Notes under the pieces: model-generated
What the model was told of the DNA's origin: nothing
Database searches by the model: none
What the model saw: the letters and a program-made list of their open reading frames with translations, nothing else
Assembly (NCBI GenBank): GCA_963757175.1
Contig: CAVWQR010000005.1
Location: forward strand, 45,205-109,204
Length of the DNA: 64,000 nt
Reading direction: 5' to 3'
DNA from: an uncultured Actinomycetota bacterium
GTDB lineage: Bacteria > Actinomycetota > Acidimicrobiia > Acidimicrobiales > Palsa-688
In this document: positions 28,535 to 36,543 of the stretch, piece by piece
Position numbering within the stretch: the first letter of the stretch is position 1
How the letters are laid out: each line of letters starts with the position of its first letter
Translations under genes and position numbers: made by a program

Positions 28535-29370
28535 CCGATCACCCGCCCGATGCCCGGCCCGCCGCCGGGTTTCCGGCGGAGAGCCGCGGGGTGGCCCCCG
28601 GCCGCGGACGCCTCCACGGTCGGCGCATCCTGGTCGTGGGCGCGGGGACCCAGCCCTCGGACGACCCCGAGGCGCCCATCGGCAACGGGAGGGCCGTCTC
28701 GGTCCTGGCTGCTCGCGAAGGGGCCGTGGTGGCGTGCGCCGACCGCGACGAAGCCGCCGCCCGGGTCACCGCCGAGCTGATCCGGGCCGAGGAGCACGAG
28801 GCCAGCGTGGTGGTCGCCGATGTCACCGAGGCCGAAGCCTGTGCCGCCCTGGTGGCTGAGGCCGCCAGCCAGCTGGGGGGAATCGACGGTCTGGTCCTCA
28901 ACGTGGGCATCGGGCTGGGACGGCGGATGGCCGGGACGACCATCGAGGACTGGGATGCGGTGGTGGCCGTCAACCTCCGGGCTCACTTCGCCGTGGCCCA
29001 GCGGGCCATGGAGGTGCTGGGACCAGGCTCGTCCATGGTGTTCGTGGGCTCGACCGCGGGGCTGCGCCCGGGCACGAACATCCCCGCCTACGACGCCACC
29101 AAAGCCGGGCTGGCGGGGCTCATGCGCCACGTCGCCATGGAGGCGGCGCCGGGAACCCGGGCGAACCTGCTCCTACCCGGCCTCATCGACACCCCGCTCG
29201 GGCGGCGAGCCAGCGCCGGCCGCCCCGGGCGGACCCGGGTCCCCATCGCCCTGGGGCGCCAAGGCACGGCATGGGAGGTGGCCTACGCCGCCATCTGGCT
29301 GCTGTCGGACGAGAGCGCCTACGTCACCGGCCAGCAGCTGGTCGTCGACGGCGGCCTCACCTTCCGTTAG
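28531..29370 (+). CDS. SDR family oxidoreductase
   Basis: Lies in the frame of ORF 28501..29370, with a GTG at 28531 after GGGAGG that overlaps the upstream stop. 'VVGAGTQ...IGNGRA', 'NVGIG', the catalytic 'YDATKAG' and 'PGLIDTP' are present. Confidence 0.85.
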   Translation: MTDHPPDARPAAGFPAESRGVAPGRGRLHGRRILVVGAGTQPSDDPEAPIGNGRAVSVLAAREGAVVACADRDEAAARVTAELIRAEEHEASVVVADVTEAEACAALVAEAASQLGGIDGLVLNVGIGLGRRMAGTTIEDWDAVVAVNLRAHFAVAQRAMEVLGPGSSMVFVGSTAGLRPGTNIPAYDATKAGLAGLMRHVAMEAAPGTRANLLLPGLIDTPLGRRASAGRPGRTRVPIALGRQGTAWEVAYAAIWLLSDESAYVTGQQLVVDGGLTFR

Positions 29371-29387
29371 CGACCGGGGAGCGAACA

Positions 29388-29730
29388 TTGGAGTACCTCG
29401 TCACCATGACGACCCAGGTTCCGCAAGGAACGGCCGAAGAGACGGTTGACGACGTGCGGACCGCGAGGCGGCGCAGTCCGTGAGCTTTCCGCGCAGGGTC
29501 ACCTGCGCCGGCTGTGGCGCCCTCCTCTGCAGCCCGGCGAATGGCGCACGCTCGGCCTCTTCGCCGCGGCCGACCTCGACCAGCTCGAGGAGGTCCTGGC
29601 GTCGATGCCGCTTCGCGTGTGGTGGCAGGATGCGGTCACGCCGCTCGCGTCCCACCCGAACGACCCTGCGCCCGTTGCCGGCGGCGGCGCTGTCCTGCCG
29701 GGGCGGGGGCGGAAGCGATGGAGTTCCTGA
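29388..29730 (+). pseudogene. muconolactone delta-isomerase-like protein, copy 1, frame broken as assembled
   Basis: TTG 29388 gives 'LEYLVTMTTQVPQGTAEETVDDVRTA' (frame of ORF 29271..29483). It continues in the frame of ORF 29446..29730 ('VRELSAQGHLRRLWRPP...MPLRVWWQDAVTPLASHPNDP'). The break is near 29463-29467. Confidence 0.65.
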
Positions 29731-30017
29731 TCACCCTCACCACCGTCGTCCCCGACGGCACGACCGGTGCGACGGTCGACGACACCAAGGCCGCGAGGCC
29801 CAACGTGCCCACCAACTGGCCGAGCAGAGACACCTCGTGCGGCTCTGGACGCTCCCCGCCGACGGGGAGGAGGGGCGCACCCTGGGCCTCTGGCGGGCCC
29901 ACGACGCCGGCGAGATGCAGTCGATCCTGGAGTCGCTCCCCCTGCACCCGTGGATGACCGCGGAGACGACGCCGCTCACCCCACCACCCGAGCGACCCGG
30001 CCACCAGCACCAGATGA
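29718..30017 (+). pseudogene. muconolactone delta-isomerase-like protein, copy 2, two frame breaks as assembled
   Basis: ATG 29718 gives 'MEFLITLTTVVPDGTTGATVDDTKAA'. The 29480.. frame continues with 'EAQRAHQLAEQRHLVRLWTLP...LPLHPWMTAETTPLTP'. A third frame then gives 'HPSDPATSTR*', stopping at 30015-30017. The breaks are near 29795 and 29984. Confidence 0.6.
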
Positions 30018-30035
30018 CGGCCGGCCGAGTCCTGG

Positions 30036-30940
30036 TCAGTCGTGTAGGAGCGACGCCAGGTCGGAGGCGTTGCGCACGCCGTAGTCCTGGTAGCAGTTGT
30101 TCATCAGTGCGTGCACGGTGGTGGCCCGCTCGGCGAGCGCCTCGATCTTGGGGACCCAGGCCCGCAGCTGGGGCTTGGAGTAGAGGTACTCGAACCGTTC
30201 GGCCGCGGTGGTGCCCGGCTTCTTCCAGGTCTCGTCGTTGCGCCCGTGGAAGCGGATCACGGCCAGGGTCGGGGCTGGTCGCCTCCAGGACCGTCGGCAG
30301 TTTCGATGCCCGCGGGGCGTCGACGACGACGAGGGCCAGGTTGAGCTCGGTGAGGGCGCGCAGGGTTCGGTCGCGGTCCTCGGGGGTCGTCAGCCAGGTG
30401 GGCGAGCGCAACTCGACGCAGACCGGCAGATCCTCCCATCGCTGGCGGATGGCGGCCAGCTCGGCGCGGTTGGCCTTGTTGGCGGTGAACCACTCCGGGT
30501 ACTGCATCAGCACCGCGCCGAGCTTGCCGGCTTCGCGCAGCGGCCTCAGGGCGTACTCGAATCGCTCCCAGGCCTCCTCCACGGCGTCGTCGTCGAGGTG
30601 GGACGCGTACACGTTGCGCTTGCCGGCGAACTTGGGCTTGATCGCCTGTTTGAGATCGGGCCAGAGCGACTCCGCCCGGGTGGGATGGCCCGTCAAGAGG
30701 GAGTAGCCCTTGACGTTCATGGTGAACCCGGCGGGTGTCCGCTCCGCCCACCCTCGAGTCAGCCGCGGCGACGGCGGGAAGTAGTAGGTGCTGTCGGCCT
30801 CGGCGATCGGGAAAGCGCGAGGCGTAGAAGGCGAGCCGGTCGGCCGCCGACATCGACCGCTTCGGGTACCAGTTGGTGTCGTTGACGAGTGTCTTGTCCG
30901 TCCAGGAGCAGGTGCCGACGAGGACCCTCGGGTGCGTCAC
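30036..30940 (-). pseudogene. DUF72 (UPF0759) family protein, two frame breaks as assembled
   Basis: GTG 30940 gives 'VTHPRVLVGTCSWTDKTL...RLAFYASRFP'. It continues with 'IAEADSTYYFPPSP...GFTMNVKGYSLLTGH...VLMQYPEWF' (frame of ORF 29737..30720) and then 'AVIRFHGRNDETW...NNCYQDYGVRNA' (frame of ORF 30036..30260). The breaks are near 30808 and 30267. Confidence 0.75.
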
Positions 30941-31286
30941 CCTTGGGCGTGTCGTCGGCCACCTCGTCCATCTCCCACGGCTCGATCTCGGTGACCTCCA
31001 TGTCCCGTTCTGCGCTGGTGGCCCCGTCGGTCGGTTTGTCGTCTGCGATGTCGTACGGACCTGAGCCGTCGGGGTCGTCCATCGCCCCCTCGAGGACCGA
31101 GAGGCGCTCGGGGTCGTCCAGGTCGGCGCCGAGCTCTGCCAGTTCCTCCTGGTCGACGACCAGATCCCGATCGAGCTCCCGCTCGCCTTCGGGTCCGTCG
31201 CCGAGGGCGTCCTCGGCATCGAGCGACTCGTCCAGGCTCTCGTACGCCTCGTTGTCGTCCGGTGGCTCCTCGAAGATGTCACTCAT
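30759..31286 (-). CDS. highly acidic hypothetical protein (3' end uncertain)
   Basis: ATG 31286 gives 'MSDIFEEPPDDNEAYESLDESLDAEDALGDGPEGERELDRDLVVDQEELAELGADLDDPERL...'. The open frame runs to 30759, but the last ~180 nt overlap DUF72. A TGA in another frame overlaps the DUF72 GTG (GTGA at 30937-30940), so the true end is probably near 30937 after one more indel. Confidence 0.45.
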   Translation of the reverse strand: MSDIFEEPPDDNEAYESLDESLDAEDALGDGPEGERELDRDLVVDQEELAELGADLDDPERLSVLEGAMDDPDGSGPYDIADDKPTDGATSAERDMEVTEIEPWEMDEVADDTPKGDAPEGPRRHLLLDGQDTRQRHQLVPEAVDVGGRPARLLRLALSRSPRPTAPTTSRRRRG

Positions 31287-31330
31287 TCCTCTTCCGCTAC
31301 CCCATTTGGCGTCGGCCAAGCACCTGACCC

Positions 31331-31978
31331 TCAGGCCGACAGGCGGCGTTCCAGGTCGGCGAAATAGCGTCGGTACAGGCGGCCGATCGCCACCCGGGAC
31401 GGTTCGAGCAGCCAGTTCAGCCACGCCCCGCCCATGAACGCGGTCATCTCCTCGGCCACGCCGGCCACGTCCGTGTCGGCCCGCAGCTCCCCCGAGGCGA
31501 TCCCTCGGCGCAGGCCCCGCCGCAGGAGGGCCTGATCCAGGCGGCGGCGCCCGGCGAAGAAGCGGTGGTAGGGGTCGCCGGGCTCCAGGTTCTCCGCGGC
31601 CACGGCCACGTTGAGGGCGGCCAGGTGTTGGCGGTGGGCAACCCGCTCGCCCACCTGGGCCAGGGCCCGGAGCATGCCCAGGCCCCCGGGCTCCACGAGG
31701 ACGCGCAGCTCCTCCTCCCGGCGACGTTCCAGCTCCACCACGACCTCGGAGACCAGCGCCTCCTTGGTCTTGAAGTGGTACAGCACGCCTTGGGCGGTGA
31801 TCCCGGCGCGCCTGGCCACGTCGGCCATGGACGTCCCGCGGACGCCGCGCACCTCGACGGTGGCGATCGCCGCCTCGACGATCTGGCGGCGTCGCTCTTC
31901 CCCCCGCCGCTGGGGCCGCCGAGGTGCGGCCGGGGTGCCGGTGGCGGGAGCGGTCACGGTCGCAGTGTAGATCGTCAC
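31331..31978 (-). CDS. TetR family transcriptional regulator
   Basis: ORF 31331..31978 with a GTG start. The HTH is 'IVEAAIATVEVRGVRGTSMADVARRAGITAQGVLYHFKTKEAL'. Confidence 0.85.
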   Translation of the reverse strand: MTIYTATVTAPATGTPAAPRRPQRRGEERRRQIVEAAIATVEVRGVRGTSMADVARRAGITAQGVLYHFKTKEALVSEVVVELERRREEELRVLVEPGGLGMLRALAQVGERVAHRQHLAALNVAVAAENLEPGDPYHRFFAGRRRLDQALLRRGLRRGIASGELRADTDVAGVAEEMTAFMGGAWLNWLLEPSRVAIGRLYRRYFADLERRLSA

Positions 31979-31988
31979 CTGCTACATT

Positions 31989-32006
31989 CCTGAAGTCCCA
32001 TTCAGG
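31989..32006. promoter_or_regulatory. candidate TetR operator, perfect inverted repeat CCTGAA-N6-TTCAGG
   Basis: CCTGAA (31989-31994) and TTCAGG (32001-32006) lie in the 64-nt divergent intergenic region between the TetR gene (start 31978) and the FAD oxidoreductase gene. Confidence 0.3.
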
Positions 32007-32042
32007 TTTTGGGCAAGCGGGGTGACCGGGGAGGGGAGGAGC

Positions 32043-33679
32043 ATGAGCGAAGCAACGGGGTGGGACGAGGTGGTCGACGTCGTCGTGGTGGGTTCGGGTG
32101 GCGCCGCCCTGACGGCGGCCACCCTCGCCGCCGACACGGGCGCCCAGGTAACCGTGATGGAAAAGGCCGCCATGCTGGGGGGGACGACCGCCGTGTCGGG
32201 TGGGGTGATGTGGCTTCCCCGCAACCACCACATGGCCGCGGCCGGCATCGACGATGACCGCGAGGACGCGCTGGCATACCTGGAGGCCGTCACCGCCGAC
32301 CGTTCCGATCCGGCCATGTTCGGCGCGTTCGTGGACAGCGCCCCCGAAGCCATCGCCTATCTGGAAGGGCACACCCCGCTGCGGACCACGGCGCTCGCCC
32401 TTTTCCCCGACTACTACTTCCCCTACGGGTTCCCGGGCCGCCGGCAGGGTGGCCGCTCGGTCGAGCCCGTTCCCTTCGCCGTCGGGCGGGAGCTGCCCGA
32501 CTGGCGGGATCGGCTGGTCAGCCGGGGAACGCTCATGTCCCTCGGCTCCTACACGACATTGGCCGAGGACCTCTTCGGTGGCGGCGACGAGGGGCTGGCT
32601 GCCGAGCTCGCCCGCCGGGAAGCGGAGGACACCCGCCCCAAGGGCGCAGCGTTGATCGCCGCCTTGCTCAAGGGCCTGCTCGTTCGTGGTGTCGACGTCC
32701 GGCTGGCCAGCCCCGTGCGCGAGCTCGTCCACCACGGACGGGCCGTGACCGGCGTCGTCGCCGAGTGCGACGGCAGGCGCCGGGCGGTCGGCGCCCGCCA
32801 AGGGGTGGTGTTGGCCTGTGGGGGCTTCGAGTGGAACCCCGACCTGGTGCGCAGCTACGTCGGCTACGAGGTGCTTCCCCTCTCGCCGCCCAACAACGTC
32901 GGCGACGGCCTGCTGATGGCCGCCGACGCCGGCGCCCAGCTGGCCAACCTGGGCTCGTACTGGGGCACGCCGGCCATGCTGGACCCCGCCATCCGCGACG
33001 GGGAGGCCGGTCCGTTCCCCAGTTCGAGGGCGGACGGGGCACGCCGGCCTCGCTGGTGGTCAACGGTCACGGTCGCCGTTTCGCCAACGAGGCCGTTCCC
33101 TACAACGACTTTCCCAAGGCGTTCGGCGCCTTCGACCCGTCGACCGCCACCTTTCCCAACCGGGCGCCGGCCTGGCTGATCTTCGACCGGCGGACCAAGG
33201 ACTCCACCCAGATCCTGTCCATTGCCCCCGACCGGCCCGCGCCCCAATGGGTTCCGCAGGCGGCCGAGGTCCGGGACCTGGCCCCGGCCATCTCGGTCGA
33301 TCCCGACACCCTGGCGGCCACCGTCGAGCGGTACAACCAGCACGCCAAGGCGGGCGAGGACCCCGACTTCGGGCGCCACCGGCGGGGGCTCATGGGGCCC
33401 GGGTCGCTCAAGCCGCTCGACCAGCCGCCCTACTACGCGGTGGCCTTGTACCCCGGCACGCTGGGTACCAACGGCGGCCCGTTGGTCACCGCCGACGGTC
33501 AGGCCGTCGACCGAGCCGGCGATGCCATCCCCGGCCTGTACGCCGTGGGCAACACCGCGGCCAACGCCTTCGGCTGGGCCTACCCCTCCGGGGGGGCCAC
33601 CATCGCTCACGGGGTGGTGTTCGGGTTCCGGGCGGGGCGCCACGTGGCGTCCCAACCGCGGCGACCGCTGGAGCCCTGA
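32043..33679 (+). pseudogene. FAD-dependent oxidoreductase (3-ketosteroid dehydrogenase / fumarate reductase-like), frame broken as assembled
   Basis: ORF 32022..33179 carries 'VVDVVVVGSGGAALTAA', 'EKAAMLGGTTAVSGG' and 'VVLACGGFEWNP'. The 32765..33679 frame continues with 'ASLVVNGHGRRFANEAVPYN', 'GTLGTNGGPLV' and 'IPGLYAVGN'. The break is near 33010. I chose ATG 32043; GTG 32022 is the alternative. Confidence 0.8.
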
Positions 33680-33729
33680 GCGGCGGGCAGCGATCGAAGC
33701 CCGAAAACGCGCTTCCGGCCACGGCCCCC

Positions 33730-34074
33730 TCAGCCGTGGCCGGAAGTCCCTTCCCGATGGCGAAGTCTCTCCCTCCTCTCCTTGTCTTTGGCTTCTTTCA
33801 GTTGGCGCCGCAGGTGGGCCACCTCCGCTTCGGCCTCGAGGAGGCGTCGGATTCCGGCCAGGGTCATCCCTTCGCTCATCAGTTCCACCGCCCGCTGGGC
33901 GATGTCGATCTCGACTCGGCTGTAGCGGCGTTGGCCGCCGTCGGATCGTTCCGGCTGGACCACCGCCTCGGTCTCGAGTCGTCGCAGGAAGGCGGGTTGC
34001 ACCCCGAGAAGGTCGGCGACCTGGCCCACGGTGAAGAACGGCTGGTGCTGCTGGTCGAAGGGGTAAGAGTCCAT
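33730..34074 (-). CDS. MerR family transcriptional regulator (HspR-like)
   Basis: ORF 33730..34074. 'FFTVGQVADLLGVQPAFLRRLE...QRRYSRVEIDIAQRAVELMSEGMTLAGIRRLL' is a MerR-type HTH. It lies directly downstream of hsp20 on the same strand. Confidence 0.75.
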   Translation of the reverse strand: MDSYPFDQQHQPFFTVGQVADLLGVQPAFLRRLETEAVVQPERSDGGQRRYSRVEIDIAQRAVELMSEGMTLAGIRRLLEAEAEVAHLRRQLKEAKDKERRERLRHREGTSGHG

Positions 34075-34157
34075 CGTCTCTCACCGACCTGAGGGGTTAG
34101 CAGCGAGCCGACATCGCCGGCTGCTGCTAACCCACCCTCTGCCGCTGGGGCGGGGCG

Positions 34158-34586
34158 TCAAACGGTGATCGCCTGGCGGTCTCCGCTGGCGTTGATCGCC
34201 ACCTTCTTGGGCTTGGCCTGCTCGGCAACCGGGATCCGCAAGGCCAACACCCCGTCGTGATAGTCGGCGTTGATCCGTTCGGCGTCGAGGGTCTCACCCA
34301 AGAACAATTGACGGCTGAAGGTGCCATGCGGCCGCTCGGCCACCAGCATCTCCGCGTCCCTGTCCGACAGTTCCCGGCGAGCATGGACGGTCAACACGTT
34401 GCGCTCGACGGTGAGGTCGATCGAGTCGCTTGCCACGCCGGGAAGGTCGAATTCGACCACGAAGTTGTCGCCCTTGCGGTAGGCGTCGATCGGCATCGCC
34501 GCCGGCCGGGCCGGCGTGCCCGCCACCGACTGGGCCAGGCGGTCGAGATCACGGAACGGATCGGTACGCATCAGCATTTGGCTCAC
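34158..34586 (-). CDS. Hsp20/alpha-crystallin family small heat-shock protein
   Basis: ORF 34158..34586. '[11 protein letters not shown]', '[21 protein letters not shown]', '[15 protein letters not shown]' and '[11 protein letters not shown]' match the family. ATG 34577 is equally plausible as the start, with GGAGGGAG lying 10 nt upstream of it. Confidence 0.9.
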   Translation of the reverse strand: MSQMLMRTDPFRDLDRLAQSVAGTPARPAAMPIDAYRKGDNFVVEFDLPGVASDSIDLTVERNVLTVHARRELSDRDAEMLVAERPHGTFSRQLFLGETLDAERINADYHDGVLALRIPVAEQAKPKKVAINASGDRQAITV

Positions 34587-34650
34587 ACTCCCTCCTCGTG
34601 CTCACCTCTCGTCTTTCCAAGGACAGCTATACCTCTACCATGAGCAGAGC

Positions 34651-34676
34651 AAACCTGTCAACAGATTTGTAGGTTT
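34651..34676 (-). promoter_or_regulatory. candidate hsp20 promoter/operator: inverted repeat AAACCT-N14-AGGTTT overlapping a TTGACA -35 box
   Basis: This is an AT-richer region upstream of hsp20. On the minus strand TTGACA (34661-34656) is followed 17 nt later by TAGAGG. The arms AAACCT (34651-56) and AGGTTT (34671-76) flank the -35 box. Confidence 0.3.
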
Positions 34677-34751
34677 CTGAACGAACCGTCATCGCCGCTG
34701 GGGCCAGGGAGGGCCAAAGCATGGCTCGGTGCCGCTCACTCCGGGCACGAC

Positions 34752-36304
34752 GTGGAACACCCAGCCCGCCCTGGACGGGCATGCTGGGGAAGTGTCAACA
34801 CGGTCGGCGGGTGGTTCTCGCCGTCGGGCTGTCAGAACCGCCCGGCCTTCAGACGGACTGATGAGGGAACGTCAGCTCTTGGCAGGTACGACAGCTGCGC
34901 ACAGACGCGCAGCCAAATTGGCGGGGCTCGCCGGTCGACACGGACATCACAGTCTGCGACCGCTCGCGCCCGGTTGAGATACCACCAGCGTGTCCTGATC
35001 CTCGCGGTGGTCTCGGTGACGGCGTTGCTCGCGGGCCTCGACGCATACTGGCATCTCAAATCTTGGTTCGGCACCTACGACCCTCATGTTACCTCGTCTA
35101 TTGCGTGGTGGGGTGCGTTGGTTGTTCTTGCACTTGTCGCCCTTTATTGGGCGGTCATCATCACTCGCAAGCGCGAGCCGCTTCCCTCAAGATACGTGGT
35201 CGGCGGAACCGTCATCCTGATGCTCGCGCTCGGCTGGGTGGTCAACCAGGCTCGCGGCGAGGCGCACGAGACCTACCGCATGTTCCTGCGGACGGCGACT
35301 GCCAGTGTCCACGACTACCCAGCGGACGTCCCACTGCTCAGGCACCTCGGTTTCCTTCGCTTCGTCAGAGATTTTCCGCACCTGAATGCAGACCTGTTCT
35401 CTATTCATTCACGTACGCACCCGCCGGGAGCCGTTGCCGTGTTCGCCGCCCTCGACGGGCTGCTGCCCGGTCACCCAGCGGCCCAGGCGTTCGTCCTCGC
35501 GGTGATGAGCGCAGCCGTTGTCATACCGACCTGGTTCCTGTGCAGGGCGTGGCTCGACGAGTCTGCAAGCCGGTACGCAATCGTGCTGCTCGCCGTGATG
35601 CCTTCACCGCTGCTGTTCGAGTTTGCCAGCTTCGATAGCGCACTCGCCACACTGCTCGTCACGAGCATCGCCTTCTGGGTGTGGGCGGTACGTCGCCGAT
35701 CCGTGCGGCTAGCCGCCGCGACCGGCCTCGCCGTAGGTTTGACATCCTTTTTCACCTACGCGATCAGCTTCACCGTGCTCTTCTGTGCTCTGTACCGGCG
35801 GTCGTGCTGCGGCGCGAATTGTTCCAGTTGCTTCGGTTGGCTGCCAGTGCAGCACTGATCGGTACGCTTGCGATTGTCGCCCTGCGCGTCGGCATCGGAT
35901 ACGACTTGTTTGCATCGTACAAATCGGTCCGGTTGCTCCCGGGAGGACAGAAAGGCGTCGTTGGGTGGTTCGTTGTCGACCCACTTGGGTGGGCGACCGG
36001 TGCGGGGAGCGTCACCTTGGCCCTCGCCGCTCTCGGCGTCAAGCGCGTGGCATGGCCATTGTTACTGTTTATCCCGCTTATTGCGTTCTCGGCGCTCCCG
36101 TCGTCGGTCACGAGACTCGTCCCAGGCGAGTTGGAGCGCACCTGGTTGTTCACCTATCCGCTCTTCGCGATCATGGCCGGTGCCGCGCTCGCCGCGTGGC
36201 ACCGGCGTTCGGTGCGTCAGCGCGCCACGGCGCTCGGCGCGCTTCTCGCCCTGAGCATCGGCCAAGCCGTGGTGCTCGAGGCGTTGGTGTACAACTGGTG
36301 GTGA
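34752..36304 (+). pseudogene. polytopic membrane protein, GT-C-like (HPPG motif), low-GC, frame broken as assembled
   Basis: ORF 34752..35858 and ORF 35681..36304 join near 35797 ('FTVLFCALY|AVVLRRELFQLL'). There are many TM helices, and 'FSIHSRTHPPGAVAVFA' recalls the HPPL/G loop of GT39/83-type glycosyltransferases. The true start is probably internal (TTG 34974, 'RYHQRVLILAVVSV'). Confidence 0.5.
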
Positions 36305-36443
36305 GCTTCGACGGTCCGGCTCAGCCGCCGGGCCCGCAAGGGCGAACTCACCATCGCCGAGCGCGCCGCCAGCGGTCACCTGGATCAGCCGGCCCCCACC
36401 ACCCAGCCTTGGCGTCGCCAGGCGTCTGACCTGCGGCTTTGCT

Positions 36444-36530
36444 TGGTGCCCGAGGCGGGAATCGAACCCGCACGCCCTTGCGGACAAGGGCTTTTGAGGC
36501 CCCCGCGTCTACCGTTCCGCCACTCGGGCC
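36444..36530 (-). tRNA. tRNA-Leu (anticodon CAA)
   Basis: The reverse complement is GGCCCGAGTGGCGGAACGGTAGACGCGGGGGCCTCAAAAGCCCTTGTCCGCAAGGGCGTGCGGGTTCGATTCCCGCCTCGGGCACCA. It is 87 nt with a 7-bp acceptor stem, anticodon loop CTCAAAA, a long variable arm, T-loop GGTTCGATTCC and an encoded CCA. Confidence 0.9.
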
Positions 36531-36543
36531 AGGTGGTGTGACA

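Noticed and set aside
29480-30706. A 408-aa plus-strand ORF.
   Set aside because: It is a chimera. Its middle is the true second isomerase-like gene, and it reads on only because a frame break removes the natural stop (30015-30017). The remainder is antisense to the DUF72 gene.
34587-34720. A canonical HspR operator (HAIR, CTTGAGT-N7-ACTCAAG) upstream of hsp20.
   Set aside because: The sequence is not present. A different inverted repeat is reported instead.
34679-36530. An intact integrative element or prophage at tRNA-Leu.
   Set aside because: There is no integrase, excisionase or phage gene in the islet. It holds one membrane protein gene and a degenerate repeat, so at most it is a remnant.
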